From a virus (Duplodnaviria; Caudoviricetes), in IMG/VR virus record IMGVR_UViG_3300035670_000211, positions 1 to 62,132 of that record: a stretch of DNA of 62,132 nt. The stretch is one strand, 5' to 3'. Under the pieces are notes generated by a model, which made no database searches, was not told where the DNA came from, and worked only from the letters and a program-made list of their open reading frames with translations. Shown piece after piece: positions 48,899 through 58,017 of this stretch. The position numbers were made by a program, and so were the translations under genes. Each line of letters starts with the position of its first letter. Within the stretch, counting starts at the first letter, position 1.

Positions 48899-49291
48899 AT
48901 GGTAAATCGCCAAAATTTTCAGGAAGCTTTAGAAAAAGCTATACCAACGTTGCGTGGATATGAACAATCCTCGCATGAACGTAGTGATACGATTGACACT
49001 GTGTTCAAAGCTACTGCCTATTTTGATAATGGCTATCGTTTTAATGTTCATTTCATGCCTACCGCGCAAGCTTATCAAGTAACTATTGGTAAGTATCGTA
49101 TTGTTAAAGATCCTGATGGTGACATTTTTCAACCTATAAAAAAACAATCGAAACTTGTCACTAAAATGTATTCAAGTATCCCTTCGCATATACGTTCTTT
49201 TGATTTTAGTTCAAACGATTTTGTTTTTTTCTATGGTCAAACGTATATTTCTTACCTTATTTTTCTTTCTCATCTTGTTTCTAAACTTTAA
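48899..49291 (+). CDS. early hypothetical protein
   Basis: 130 aa; TGAAAGGAGA RBS. Confidence 0.8.
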   Translation: MVNRQNFQEALEKAIPTLRGYEQSSHERSDTIDTVFKATAYFDNGYRFNVHFMPTAQAYQVTIGKYRIVKDPDGDIFQPIKKQSKLVTKMYSSIPSHIRSFDFSSNDFVFFYGQTYISYLIFLSHLVSKL

Positions 49292-49352
49292 ATAAGTTTC
49301 TGAAGTCTATTGGTTTATTCCAGTAGACTTTGGTGATCTATTTATTAGATCA
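49289..49352 (+). promoter_or_regulatory. intergenic structured element A, copy 3
   Basis: TAAATA; 14-bp hairpin; TGATCTA-TTTAT-TAGATCA. Confidence 0.65.
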
Positions 49353-49399
49353 AACATTAGGGTAGCGACCTACGCTAAAATGAAAGGAGGTTTTTACCA

Positions 49400-49699
49400 A
49401 TGGTAAATTACCTTACTGACATCTTCGAAAAGATCGAAGCTTTACTTAAGCTCTTCGAATCGAAAGATGTCACAGTGTCGTACGTGGACCGCATGTTTTA
49501 TGCGATGGATCTCCACGCTCTTGCCTTTGACCTTCGGGTCAATAAGATTCCTCAAATGGAATCTGAAATGGAACGCCTTGATTATAAGGCGATCGATCCA
49601 TTACCTGGCTTTGCTGAAGACTTAGCGAAAGCTAAGCAACTTGAAGCTAAAGCTATGGCTGCCTACAAAGTTTATTTAAATCGTAATAAAGGAGAGTAA
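49400..49699 (+). CDS. early hypothetical protein
   Basis: 99 aa; TGAAAGGAGG RBS. Confidence 0.8.
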   Translation: MVNYLTDIFEKIEALLKLFESKDVTVSYVDRMFYAMDLHALAFDLRVNKIPQMESEMERLDYKAIDPLPGFAEDLAKAKQLEAKAMAAYKVYLNRNKGE

Positions 49700-49700
49700 C

Positions 49701-49859
49701 ATGAGTGAAAACAAAAAAGTAATCTCTAAGAAAGATTACCTTAAGCAACTTCGCGTTGCTATCAAAGATCAATATGGTGTTGATCTTTCTCACTTCACCG
49801 ATGATATGGTGGTTGAATTCTTGAACATAGACTTCACCACTGTTGATTGGGTTAAATAA
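49701..49859 (+). CDS. small hypothetical protein (52 aa, not in ORF track)
   Basis: AAAGGAGAG RBS; MSENKKVISKKDYLKQLRVAIKDQYG... Confidence 0.7.
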   Translation: MSENKKVISKKDYLKQLRVAIKDQYGVDLSHFTDDMVVEFLNIDFTTVDWVK

Positions 49860-49863
49860 TTTT

Positions 49864-49894
49864 ATGACCTGAGTCACGTCATTAAACTGACTCA
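49864..49894 (+). promoter_or_regulatory. H-type pseudoknot element B, copy 1
   Basis: ATGAC/GTCAT stem; loop TGAGTCA pairs with TGACTCA after a TAAAC linker. Confidence 0.65.
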
Positions 49895-50014
49895 TCTTAT
49901 TATGATGTCTTGCGTAAGCCGACATCGTGGTGTAACTCCACAAGACTTTTATTGTTTTCTTGTCTTTTATTGTTATCTTTATTTGTTTGTTCGTAACCTA
50001 TGGAGGGTAAAAAA

Positions 50015-50614
50015 ATGAAAAACAAAACTAAAGACGTTATTATTTCTGAGTTGCAAAAAGATAATGCTGCTCTTCTTTCTAGTCTAGAAAAAATGAAAGC
50101 TGCTTTTGCTGAGGAAGAGAAAGCTCATTATGTAAAGAGAAATGATCTTATCAAAGAAAATCGTTCTCTTTTGTCTGGGCTTTGTTTTTTTACAGATACA
50201 ATAGGGCTTTCCTCTATTATTCAGAAGATCCCCTTGGATCAAAAGAAAGATCTTTTGTTACATTTAGTTCTTACTTATAATGCAAATGGTCCGGAAGATT
50301 TAATCAAAAGTTTTTCTGACGAAAATTTTTCTTCTCGACGTGTTTTTATACGCGATTTACTCGATTCAATAACAAATGAAGAGTATGTTATTCGCTATGA
50401 TATTATACAGGCCACTATTGAAAGAGATAATATTGAGAAGAAAATTTTGCTTAATGACATTTATTATTTTCTTTCTTTGCGTTGTCACAAACGTAAATCT
50501 TTTGAGGCTAAATTTAATGATTATCTTTTTTCTACGTATAAAACTAAGCTTCTTGAGTCTTTAACTTTTAATGAGTTACTTTCATTAAAGGAAAAGTTTT
50601 TTAAGAACAAATAA
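50015..50614 (+). CDS. early hypothetical protein (N-terminal coiled coil)
   Basis: start moved to MKNKT (GGAGG RBS). Confidence 0.75.
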   Translation: MKNKTKDVIISELQKDNAALLSSLEKMKAAFAEEEKAHYVKRNDLIKENRSLLSGLCFFTDTIGLSSIIQKIPLDQKKDLLLHLVLTYNANGPEDLIKSFSDENFSSRRVFIRDLLDSITNEEYVIRYDIIQATIERDNIEKKILLNDIYYFLSLRCHKRKSFEAKFNDYLFSTYKTKLLESLTFNELLSLKEKFFKNK

Positions 50615-50618
50615 TATT

Positions 50619-50647
50619 ACGACCTGAGCATGTCGTTAAAAGGCTCA
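50619..50647 (+). promoter_or_regulatory. H-type pseudoknot element B, copy 2
   Basis: ACGAC/GTCGT stem; loop TGAGC pairs with GCTCA after a TAAAAG linker. Confidence 0.65.
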
Positions 50648-50671
50648 CGCCATAATGAAAGGAGAAATATT

Positions 50672-50839
50672 ATGGAAAAATTACGCGCCGAAAACGAAGA
50701 ACTCAAGATACAAAATGAGATTCTTCGCAAAATCAACAGTGCTTATTACAGCCTGTTGACTTGGAAGCAACGAGAAAAGGCAGACGATAAACGTTTGTCT
50801 TTGATCGAACAAAAAATCTTGAGCGGAGGCAATCGATAA
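50672..50839 (+). CDS. small hypothetical protein
   Basis: start MEKLR after TGAAAGGAGA RBS. Confidence 0.7.
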   Translation: MEKLRAENEELKIQNEILRKINSAYYSLLTWKQREKADDKRLSLIEQKILSGGNR

Positions 50840-50997
50840 TGTTTTATTATTACATTGCTATTGGTTTATCTGTTTTGCTGTTTGTTTCTACTGCTTGGAT
50901 TGTTTTGCTTACACGCAAACATTCAGATATCAAGCGTAAGTTAGAATTTTTAATTGAAGTTGTTTATCGATTACAAGGAGGAGATGATAATGACTGA
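50839..50997 (+). CDS. small single-TM protein (52 aa, not in ORF track)
   Basis: TAATG coupling, GGAGG RBS; MFYYYIAIGLSVLLFVSTAWIVLL... Confidence 0.65.
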   Translation: MFYYYIAIGLSVLLFVSTAWIVLLTRKHSDIKRKLEFLIEVVYRLQGGDDND

Positions 50998-51358
50998 AGG
51001 AACATGGCACGTTGTTGATAACACAATTAAACTTATCGACAACATGAAAGAATTTTTTATTGACGGAGGATACATGGTAGCATCCAGCGATAACGATTGG
51101 ATCTACGCTGTAGACTTTGACTCTAAGTATTTGTTGGACTACATTATCAACTCTACTTGGTATGATGAAAAACATTTTTTTTATGGTACTTGGAAAGATC
51201 GCGATCTTGATATATGGACAGTTGAAAAGTCTTTTTATTTTGAAAAGCTTGACGATGCTGTACGTTTTGGATTACAACACAATCAAAAATTTATCTATGA
51301 CATAGATAATGATTGCTTGATAGCTCTCGAAGTGATAACGAAAGGAGGTGATAAGTAA
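50990..51358 (+). CDS. phage hypothetical protein, possible SAM-lyase-like fold
   Basis: GGYMV...GTW....EKS....A...G..NQ..IYD; start at 50984 or 50990. Confidence 0.65.
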   Translation: MTEGTWHVVDNTIKLIDNMKEFFIDGGYMVASSDNDWIYAVDFDSKYLLDYIINSTWYDEKHFFYGTWKDRDLDIWTVEKSFYFEKLDDAVRFGLQHNQKFIYDIDNDCLIALEVITKGGDK

Positions 51359-51638
51359 TATGAAAACGTCAACACTTGTTGCGTTATTAAAAACGCTACC
51401 ACAAGACATGGACATTACGATTAGTGGATGTCCTGATTTTTATATTTATCTTCGCAAAGAAGGTAAACATAATCGTATGGATTTACATCCATACAAAGTA
51501 GAAGATACTTCTACGTCTGGCTCGTTACTTGTTTTAGATTCTAAACAAGTCAATGTTCAATATGAAAAAGATGTTAACCGTGATGATGAGATCGACTTCT
51601 TTTTGAAGGCGGCTAAGATTCTCGGTGACAAATTATAA
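51348..51638 (+). CDS. hypothetical protein
   Basis: GAAAGGAGGTGA RBS; probable start MKTST at 51360. Confidence 0.7.
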   Translation: MISNMKTSTLVALLKTLPQDMDITISGCPDFYIYLRKEGKHNRMDLHPYKVEDTSTSGSLLVLDSKQVNVQYEKDVNRDDEIDFFLKAAKILGDKL

Positions 51639-51657
51639 TGAAAGGAGTGTTATTACC

Positions 51658-51819
51658 ATGGGTAAACACTACAAACTTCACGGCAACCTTGTGCACTTAG
51701 TTGCTTATGAAGATGACGACTACAGTGCATTTGATGCCATGCCTAAGCATGTGCGTGGAGCTCCTAAGCTTCGCAAGTTTAAAGAAAAGGTAAAGGAATT
51801 GAACAATGTTAAACCTTGA
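51658..51819 (+). CDS. small hypothetical protein
   Basis: start MGKHY after TGAAAGGAG RBS. Confidence 0.65.
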   Translation: MGKHYKLHGNLVHLVAYEDDDYSAFDAMPKHVRGAPKLRKFKEKVKELNNVKP

Positions 51820-53785
51820 ACCTTGGTCTAAAATGATCGCCCAAGCAAAGCTTCTTTCTTGGGGTGATCTTTATTGGAAGCATGGCATTCGTTTTGCTTC
51901 GTCTATTTACCATCATTTAGGTATGGAAATACCTGGTCATCATGACGAAAGGAGGTTTGTTTCTAAAGAAGAATATGATTCTTTTTTTAAGAATCTTTTT
52001 TCTAAGAACATACCTAGCGGAAATGTACTTCAGTTGTATGTTTCTGCCAAAGCTTTTAGCAATGTTTTGTTTAATAACAAGAATCTTAGTGTTGTTATTG
52101 AACCATTCGATAAACCTTTAGATGAATGCCGTGCTCCTGCATACGTTGATATGGAGAATGGGATGATAACATTTGAACCTGCTTTGATATTTGAAGCTAT
52201 TAAAGAACGTTATCGTCATCTAGTTATGTCGAGGTATTTTTCTTATGAGTTTATTTCAGACTTTATGCTTGGCAATGATGTTTTATACGTCTTTGCTTTT
52301 TTATTCTATCACGAGGTTGCTCACCTTATTTACAATAAGCCTAAGGATCAAAACTTTATTGATGCTTTGCTTGCTAAGTGGCAACACCGTGGTATGAACG
52401 AACGTTCTTTACATAGAATGTTTAACTATGCTGCTGATCACTACGATGAAGATCAGTTCCGATTACAATTTGGAACTAAAGAATTTTCTACGGTAGTGAA
52501 CGCCTATGATATTGGTCGTTTTCTTATGCGAGGAAACGAACCAGAAGTAATTGATCCTAGAAATTTTGAAGATCCTTTTGAAGGATTGCAATACAAGATT
52601 TTGATGGAACGATTTACTTTCAAACCGGAATCGTTTGATCCTTTGACGAAACAAATTTTTGCCAAGGTCTTAACGAATCATACTGATTCTAACAAACGCA
52701 AATCTGATTATGTAGACATTATTATGTCTGCTTTGTCGGATTCTATTCCGGTTTCTCCTCCGTCTCCAACTTCTGATGTTGGCTCTCGGCCAATTGACGG
52801 TGCAATAGGAAACATTCCTGTTGAATCTTTGGTTGAAGAAATGACTAAAGAACTAACTGAATGTCCTCCTGGACTTATAGTTTACGAAGCTAATCTTCGT
52901 GACTATGAACCTCAAGCGATTTCTCCTGTCTTAAGAAGGTTTAAAGATACGATATCCGCGAACTTGAATGATGAATGGAGAGATTTTCTTACGAAGTATG
53001 ACGCTCCACTTGATGGCTTTACTAACGGCAAGCTTGACTTGAAGCATGCATACAAGACCGCACTAACACCTCGCGTGTTTACTAAATCAATAGACAAACG
53101 ACGAGAGTCTGATCTTGTTGTTGAAATATCTGTTGACTTTAGTGGGTCCATGTTTATGGACTTAGGGCGCTATGCTAGAAGAAGCTCTACTAGTAACACC
53201 GATGGTCTTTTTAGTTCTGACGATTTATTGACAGTTGCTAAAGATATTGGTACGTATGCTACACAAGTAGAAAGACAAAGGAAGAGTTCTGTTTTTTATT
53301 GCGTTGCTTTTTCTTTGTTACTTGTCGAACTTTTTCATAAGGTCGGCAACAAGGTTAACTTATCTTTTTTCTCTGGTGAATTACTTTTGATTGATGACTT
53401 TATTCCTGATGGAACAGAGTCTCAGTTAGGTAGTTTGTTTTCTATCATAGACAAGCATGACATAAGTGGCGGAGGAACAACTATTTCTAATGTGTTGTCT
53501 ACTCTACCCGATCGTCTTGCTTCTACATCCAACAATGATAGGCTGTTGGTTGTGCTTACTGACGGTGGCTTTTATGCCAACGATGATGTCAAGCAAAGAA
53601 TAGAATACTGTATGTATGAAGGTATCTTTATTCTTTTTGTAGGCATTGGCATTGAGTTGAGAGATGAACTCTTAACTTACTCTAATGTTTATTGTCTATC
53701 TTATACTGACGGAGATGATCTCTCTGTCAGATTCCCGGCAGACTTTGCCGTTTTTATAAAGCAAAAATATTTCATGGAGGTATAA
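51806..53785 (+). CDS. vWA (MIDAS) domain protein with N-terminal HExxH metallopeptidase-like domain (CobT/NorD-like partner)
   Basis: HEVAH; NY.AD..DE; GKLDLK; SVDFSGSM; GGGT; VVLTDG; FVGIG. Confidence 0.88.
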   Translation: MLNLEPWSKMIAQAKLLSWGDLYWKHGIRFASSIYHHLGMEIPGHHDERRFVSKEEYDSFFKNLFSKNIPSGNVLQLYVSAKAFSNVLFNNKNLSVVIEPFDKPLDECRAPAYVDMENGMITFEPALIFEAIKERYRHLVMSRYFSYEFISDFMLGNDVLYVFAFLFYHEVAHLIYNKPKDQNFIDALLAKWQHRGMNERSLHRMFNYAADHYDEDQFRLQFGTKEFSTVVNAYDIGRFLMRGNEPEVIDPRNFEDPFEGLQYKILMERFTFKPESFDPLTKQIFAKVLTNHTDSNKRKSDYVDIIMSALSDSIPVSPPSPTSDVGSRPIDGAIGNIPVESLVEEMTKELTECPPGLIVYEANLRDYEPQAISPVLRRFKDTISANLNDEWRDFLTKYDAPLDGFTNGKLDLKHAYKTALTPRVFTKSIDKRRESDLVVEISVDFSGSMFMDLGRYARRSSTSNTDGLFSSDDLLTVAKDIGTYATQVERQRKSSVFYCVAFSLLLVELFHKVGNKVNLSFFSGELLLIDDFIPDGTESQLGSLFSIIDKHDISGGGTTISNVLSTLPDRLASTSNNDRLLVVLTDGGFYANDDVKQRIEYCMYEGIFILFVGIGIELRDELLTYSNVYCLSYTDGDDLSVRFPADFAVFIKQKYFMEV

Positions 53786-53788
53786 CAA

Positions 53789-54094
53789 ATGAAATACAAA
53801 AATGCTGTCTACACTTCTACCGCAAGGATGAAGTTTGTCTCTCGTGATAATGAAGGTCAATTGGTTACCAATTACATTCTTGTCACAATGTCTCAAGTCG
53901 CTAAGTATTGGTTCGAACATACGAAAGGCTCTTCTTCTTACGAAGAACTTCCAGAACCTACTAAGCTTGCTATCCAACAAGTTGTTTACAACATGTATGT
54001 TGATGGCGCTCTTGATTCTTTTTTTGATGATGAAACTTATGCCGAATTCATGTATGATCAGTTCTATAATGAACTAGAAATAACGGAGGAATAA
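53789..54094 (+). CDS. acidic hypothetical protein
   Basis: 101 aa; GGAGG RBS; D/E/F/Y-rich tail. Confidence 0.75.
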   Translation: MKYKNAVYTSTARMKFVSRDNEGQLVTNYILVTMSQVAKYWFEHTKGSSSYEELPEPTKLAIQQVVYNMYVDGALDSFFDDETYAEFMYDQFYNELEITEE

Positions 54095-54097
54095 AAC

Positions 54098-54562
54098 ATG
54101 AACATTGATGTATTTACTTTTGCCCATAACTATCGTCGTTATTTAGCCGACTTAAGTTCTAAAGGTTCTAACATTACTGTTGAACCTGTGACTGCCCGTA
54201 GCTTTTTACAAGCTTATTGGGACAGAGATATTGAAGCTGCTCACGGCAAGTTTGATATTTTTTCCGAACTAAGTGCTATTAACGACGATGATCCAAATCG
54301 TGGAGAGTCTGTTGTCAACTTGTTTATTTCTTTACACCTTATGGCTACTAAATCTTGTGTAAACACAGGAGCTCTCGGTGCTCTTCCTTATTTGAACATC
54401 TCTGTGCTTCACGCTTCCAGTTTTGTTGGAGGTTATACCGTTAGTTTTGATATTACCAACGATGCTGGTGATATTGTGCCAGTCAAATACACTATTCTCT
54501 TTACCACTAAAGTTGACGGGAATCAACCGTCGTCAGCTTATATTTTCTTAGGAGGAAAATAA
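54098..54562 (+). CDS. hypothetical protein
   Basis: 154 aa; GGAGG RBS. Confidence 0.75.
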   Translation: MNIDVFTFAHNYRRYLADLSSKGSNITVEPVTARSFLQAYWDRDIEAAHGKFDIFSELSAINDDDPNRGESVVNLFISLHLMATKSCVNTGALGALPYLNISVLHASSFVGGYTVSFDITNDAGDIVPVKYTILFTTKVDGNQPSSAYIFLGGK

Positions 54563-54563
54563 C

Positions 54564-56177
54564 ATGGCAAAACAATCTACTACTTTATTCCGTTCGTTTA
54601 TTACTGAAGATAACAATTTTGTTATTTTTTCTGTGATTCCTAATGTGCCTAGCACTATTGCTAAGGTTACTTATACTTATTCTAAGGTTTCATCTCCTAT
54701 TTCAAATAATTCTTACGATGTAAATTTTAAGGTTACGTTGTTAGATGTTTGCCAAGATGGATTTAAACAAAACCTAGAGAACTTGGTTACTCTTTTGTTT
54801 CTGAACACTTTTAAAGTTAGTCTTTCTAATCAAACGTTTACTTACGATACTTCTATTACTCCTTCAGATGTAAATAATGCATCTGATCCAGACTTTATTT
54901 ACATTGCTTTGGGCAAGCCTAAGTTGTTTGCTGATTTGTCTCATCTTCTTATTGAATCTTTAGGCAAACAAAAGTCTCAAAAAATTCTTCCTTCAAGCTT
55001 GAGCTTTTATGGCTCTAAGTTTGATGAATTTGTTAAAGAAACTTTTGGCTTTGAAGTGAAAGAAATTTCTGCTAACCTTCCTGATATTCTTCCTAGTATT
55101 AGTTATGAGAATTCTGAAGCGGCTTGGCAACATCCTCTTATTGCTGCTGAACCTGAAAAGTTTAGACCTAAAGTTGACCCTGAGTTAGTTGATGTTATAT
55201 CTTCTAGCTCTAATGTTTTTAAGTGGTGTATGGATTTCTTGCAAAAGCAAGATCCTACCAATCCTAATAAAAACATTTTGCTTATTGGTGCTGCAGCTGT
55301 TGGTAAGTCTGAAACTGTTCGTGCTATTGCACATGTTTTGAACTTACCTTATGCGGAATATACCTTCACTCGTACTTCCGAGTTTGCTGACTCTGTCGGT
55401 AAGATTACCGCTACGATGGCATCCGATGCTAAAGACTGGGCATTTTTACCTACTGAAGTCTTTGCTGTTATGCAAGCTGGCGGTATTGTAAACTTCGAAG
55501 AAGTAAGTGCGATGGTTGAATCGCATCAAATCGAAGGTAACAATGTTATCTCTGGTTTGAATCGATACTTGTATGCTTCTGGCCACAAGATTAATATCGA
55601 TCCAAGCACAATCTTTTTTGGTACAATGAATGTTGCTTATGGTGGCTTGTCTAAAATACAAACTGCTTTTGCTTCTCGATGGAAACGACTCAACTATGAG
55701 CAACCTTCTGTCGATGTTGTTACGAAATATTATGTTAAGAAATATCAAGGTCTAGCTGACAAGAAACTGATAACTGATATTGTTAAGTTTACTTTTGATA
55801 TCGGTGATGTTCTTTCTAGAAGTCCATCTTTTTCTAAAGACGATCCTCATTTTGGACCAGCTCCTGCTGTTCATAATCGTAATCGCCGAGACTTTGTTTT
55901 TGATTTGTTTTCTAATCCTGACAAATCTGTAAGAGAAATTGTTGAAAATTTTATTCGTCAACAAATTCATACAGATTATTTTTCCGAACAAGCTATTGAT
56001 AAAGTTCTAACAGAATGTGCAATATACATTTCTGATTTTGAACAAAAGCTTACTGCTGAAGATAAGGCTTTGCCAGAGTTTACTCTTGGTGTCCCTAATA
56101 AAGTTTCTGAATCTATTCAAGAAACAACAGAAGAACTTAAGAAAGAAGAACCAAAGGTTTTTAAGGTGGAGTTTTAA
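54564..56177 (+). CDS. MoxR/CbbQ-type AAA+ ATPase
   Basis: NILLIGAAAVGKS; GGIVNFEEV; FGTMN..YGG; AFASRW. Confidence 0.88.
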   Translation: MAKQSTTLFRSFITEDNNFVIFSVIPNVPSTIAKVTYTYSKVSSPISNNSYDVNFKVTLLDVCQDGFKQNLENLVTLLFLNTFKVSLSNQTFTYDTSITPSDVNNASDPDFIYIALGKPKLFADLSHLLIESLGKQKSQKILPSSLSFYGSKFDEFVKETFGFEVKEISANLPDILPSISYENSEAAWQHPLIAAEPEKFRPKVDPELVDVISSSSNVFKWCMDFLQKQDPTNPNKNILLIGAAAVGKSETVRAIAHVLNLPYAEYTFTRTSEFADSVGKITATMASDAKDWAFLPTEVFAVMQAGGIVNFEEVSAMVESHQIEGNNVISGLNRYLYASGHKINIDPSTIFFGTMNVAYGGLSKIQTAFASRWKRLNYEQPSVDVVTKYYVKKYQGLADKKLITDIVKFTFDIGDVLSRSPSFSKDDPHFGPAPAVHNRNRRDFVFDLFSNPDKSVREIVENFIRQQIHTDYFSEQAIDKVLTECAIYISDFEQKLTAEDKALPEFTLGVPNKVSESIQETTEELKKEEPKVFKVEF

Positions 56178-56542
56178 TGAATCCCCTAACAATAGCTATT
56201 GATTATTCTGGTTCGATGGATTACTATCTTGTTGTCCGTCGAGTTAGAGATGTTGATCTCTCCAACTTTTCTTCTGTTTATTTTGGCAGACGTTTTCTTT
56301 CTGAACAAGCTCATTTGCTTTTGATTCCTCAAGGTGTAACCTTTACTCCTCCCTCTTACGAGGGTGGGGTTGGGTTTATGTTGATCAAAGAAAATTTGAT
56401 ACAACTTCGTAATCTTAAATGCTCAAACTGTAGTGACGAACCGCTAGATCCTGAATCATATTTTTTATACAAAGATGATTCTAAATCTTATGTGTGTTCT
56501 CGTTGCCAAGAGTTTGTTGTCTTAATGGAGGATGTTGAATAA
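56177..56542 (+). CDS. small protein: vWA-like N-terminal motif plus CxxC..CxxC zinc ribbon
   Basis: IAIDYSGSM, YEGGVGF, CSNC...CSRC. Confidence 0.65.
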   Translation: MNPLTIAIDYSGSMDYYLVVRRVRDVDLSNFSSVYFGRRFLSEQAHLLLIPQGVTFTPPSYEGGVGFMLIKENLIQLRNLKCSNCSDEPLDPESYFLYKDDSKSYVCSRCQEFVVLMEDVE

Positions 56543-56991
56543 TGATACAATTCATGTACAACTATCAAAACTATTTTATTCCTTGTATTGTTTCTGCTCG
56601 TTACGATTCTAAGTCTCGTTATGTTGTTTCTTCACAAACTTATAATGAGATTCCTTATCTAAAGATGCGCTTAGAGATGCGTAAGATTTCAGCTCCTTTG
56701 AGTCGCGAAGATTATACTCTTATTCGTGATTTTTACTGGCAGCTTTCTGACTTGTTGTATACTCCAGAGATTAGTTTTGTCAAGAACTATTCTCATTCTC
56801 TTTCTGTCTTTCGTATAAGACATCGCAAGGGAAATCTTTTTATCTATGAACTCGACGCTCTTTTCTTGGTCGAACGTAACTTTGACTTTGATTCTCCTGC
56901 TGCAAATGCTATAATCATGTCAAGGTTTCTTCGATTTATTCGAGATGGGTTAGAGTTATTAGAAAAATATTACGGTTCTTTACCATTTTAA
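56542..56991 (+). CDS. hypothetical protein
   Basis: 149 aa; TAATG coupling. Confidence 0.7.
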   Translation: MIQFMYNYQNYFIPCIVSARYDSKSRYVVSSQTYNEIPYLKMRLEMRKISAPLSREDYTLIRDFYWQLSDLLYTPEISFVKNYSHSLSVFRIRHRKGNLFIYELDALFLVERNFDFDSPAANAIIMSRFLRFIRDGLELLEKYYGSLPF

Positions 56992-57003
56992 GGAGGTATA
57001 AAT

Positions 57004-57378
57004 ATGGAACGAAATATTAAATCTGTTTTTGTCGACACTCGAGGTCAATATAATACCATTGAAGAAGTAGACTTAGCATACAAAGGCATTTATACTTTGT
57101 ATAAATATTTAAATTGTTCTACCTTTACGGTTGCAACAAGAAAGATTGGCGAATCTACTTATGATGTTTATTGTGATGACGAAGCCTTGCTTAAACAAGA
57201 TCCTGTTGTTGCTATGGCTTCTGAAGATTTAAGTGAAATGCTTTTTGGGAATTGTTTAATTCTTCGACATGACGATGATGGTAATGTTGCTCCTTTGACA
57301 GACGAAGATGTGTCTGATATTATGGACAACATTCGCTCAACGTCTCGCGGCGATGAAGTTATTGTTTATACATTGTAG
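57004..57378 (+). CDS. DUF3846-like protein
   Basis: YDVYCDDEALLK...LFGNCLIL..D..G....LTDED. Confidence 0.7.
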   Translation: MERNIKSVFVDTRGQYNTIEEVDLAYKGIYTLYKYLNCSTFTVATRKIGESTYDVYCDDEALLKQDPVVAMASEDLSEMLFGNCLILRHDDDGNVAPLTDEDVSDIMDNIRSTSRGDEVIVYTL

Positions 57379-57389
57379 GAGTTATTAAC

Positions 57390-57668
57390 ATGGAACCAAG
57401 AAAAATTCTTTTATCTTTGGCTGTTCACACCAACAATACTTTTGATAAGATGCTTGATATGATTAAGTCTAAGGTTACTCTTCCAAAAGATTTGGTTGAC
57501 GAATATTGTTCTAGAGTTAAGGGTGATTACGTCACGATTATTGATGAGGATTATCCTGAAGCTATTAAGCTTTTAAAGAATCCTCCTATCGTTATATTGT
57601 TATCTAAAAAAGATCGTGATTTTGTTGGCGACGTAACGTCACAAAACTACTTACACTATTTTAATTAA
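57390..57668 (+). CDS. DprA N-terminus-like small protein
   Basis: YVTIIDEDYPEAIKLLKNPPIVI matches the DprA IT..D..YP..L.....PP.VL motif. Confidence 0.7.
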   Translation: MEPRKILLSLAVHTNNTFDKMLDMIKSKVTLPKDLVDEYCSRVKGDYVTIIDEDYPEAIKLLKNPPIVILLSKKDRDFVGDVTSQNYLHYFN

Positions 57669-57675
57669 GGAGGAC

Positions 57676-58017
57676 ATGTTCATGTCAAAGAAAAATAGTA
57701 GACCGTCTATTGTCGTTACTGCCGACGCATTTGATTCAAAGAAGGTTGTTGAGGTTGTCGACTTTAAAACAGGCGACGATTTAAACACTGCTTTAAATTT
57801 TCTTTTGCGTCTTTGTGCCTCATCTATTGTTGGTGCTTCTAGTTTTATGGTCGATGATAACCCTGAATTTTTTGATGCTGACCCTCGAACTGTCGCATTG
57901 TTTATTGCCGACAAGTTTGGTAAGGATCTTGTTGAAGTTTTGGAACGTGGTTTTTCTTCTTCGGAAGACAAAGTAACTAAGCCTACATCAAAACGAAAGA
58001 AAGGAGGTGATGCTTAG
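57676..58017 (+). CDS. hypothetical protein
   Basis: 113 aa; AAGGAGG RBS; basic tail. Confidence 0.75.
   Translation: MFMSKKNSRPSIVVTADAFDSKKVVEVVDFKTGDDLNTALNFLLRLCASSIVGASSFMVDDNPEFFDADPRTVALFIADKFGKDLVEVLERGFSSSEDKVTKPTSKRKKGGDA

Noticed and set aside
48068-49352. Spaced repeats as a CRISPR or mini-array
   Set aside because: Repeats are short or conserved only in structure, and spacing is too long or contains genes
48399-50672. Hammerhead, twister or pistol ribozymes in the early intergenic regions
   Set aside because: No intergenic CTGANGA/GAAA core; element B resembles only the P1-pseudoknot-UAAA part of pistol and lacks the rest
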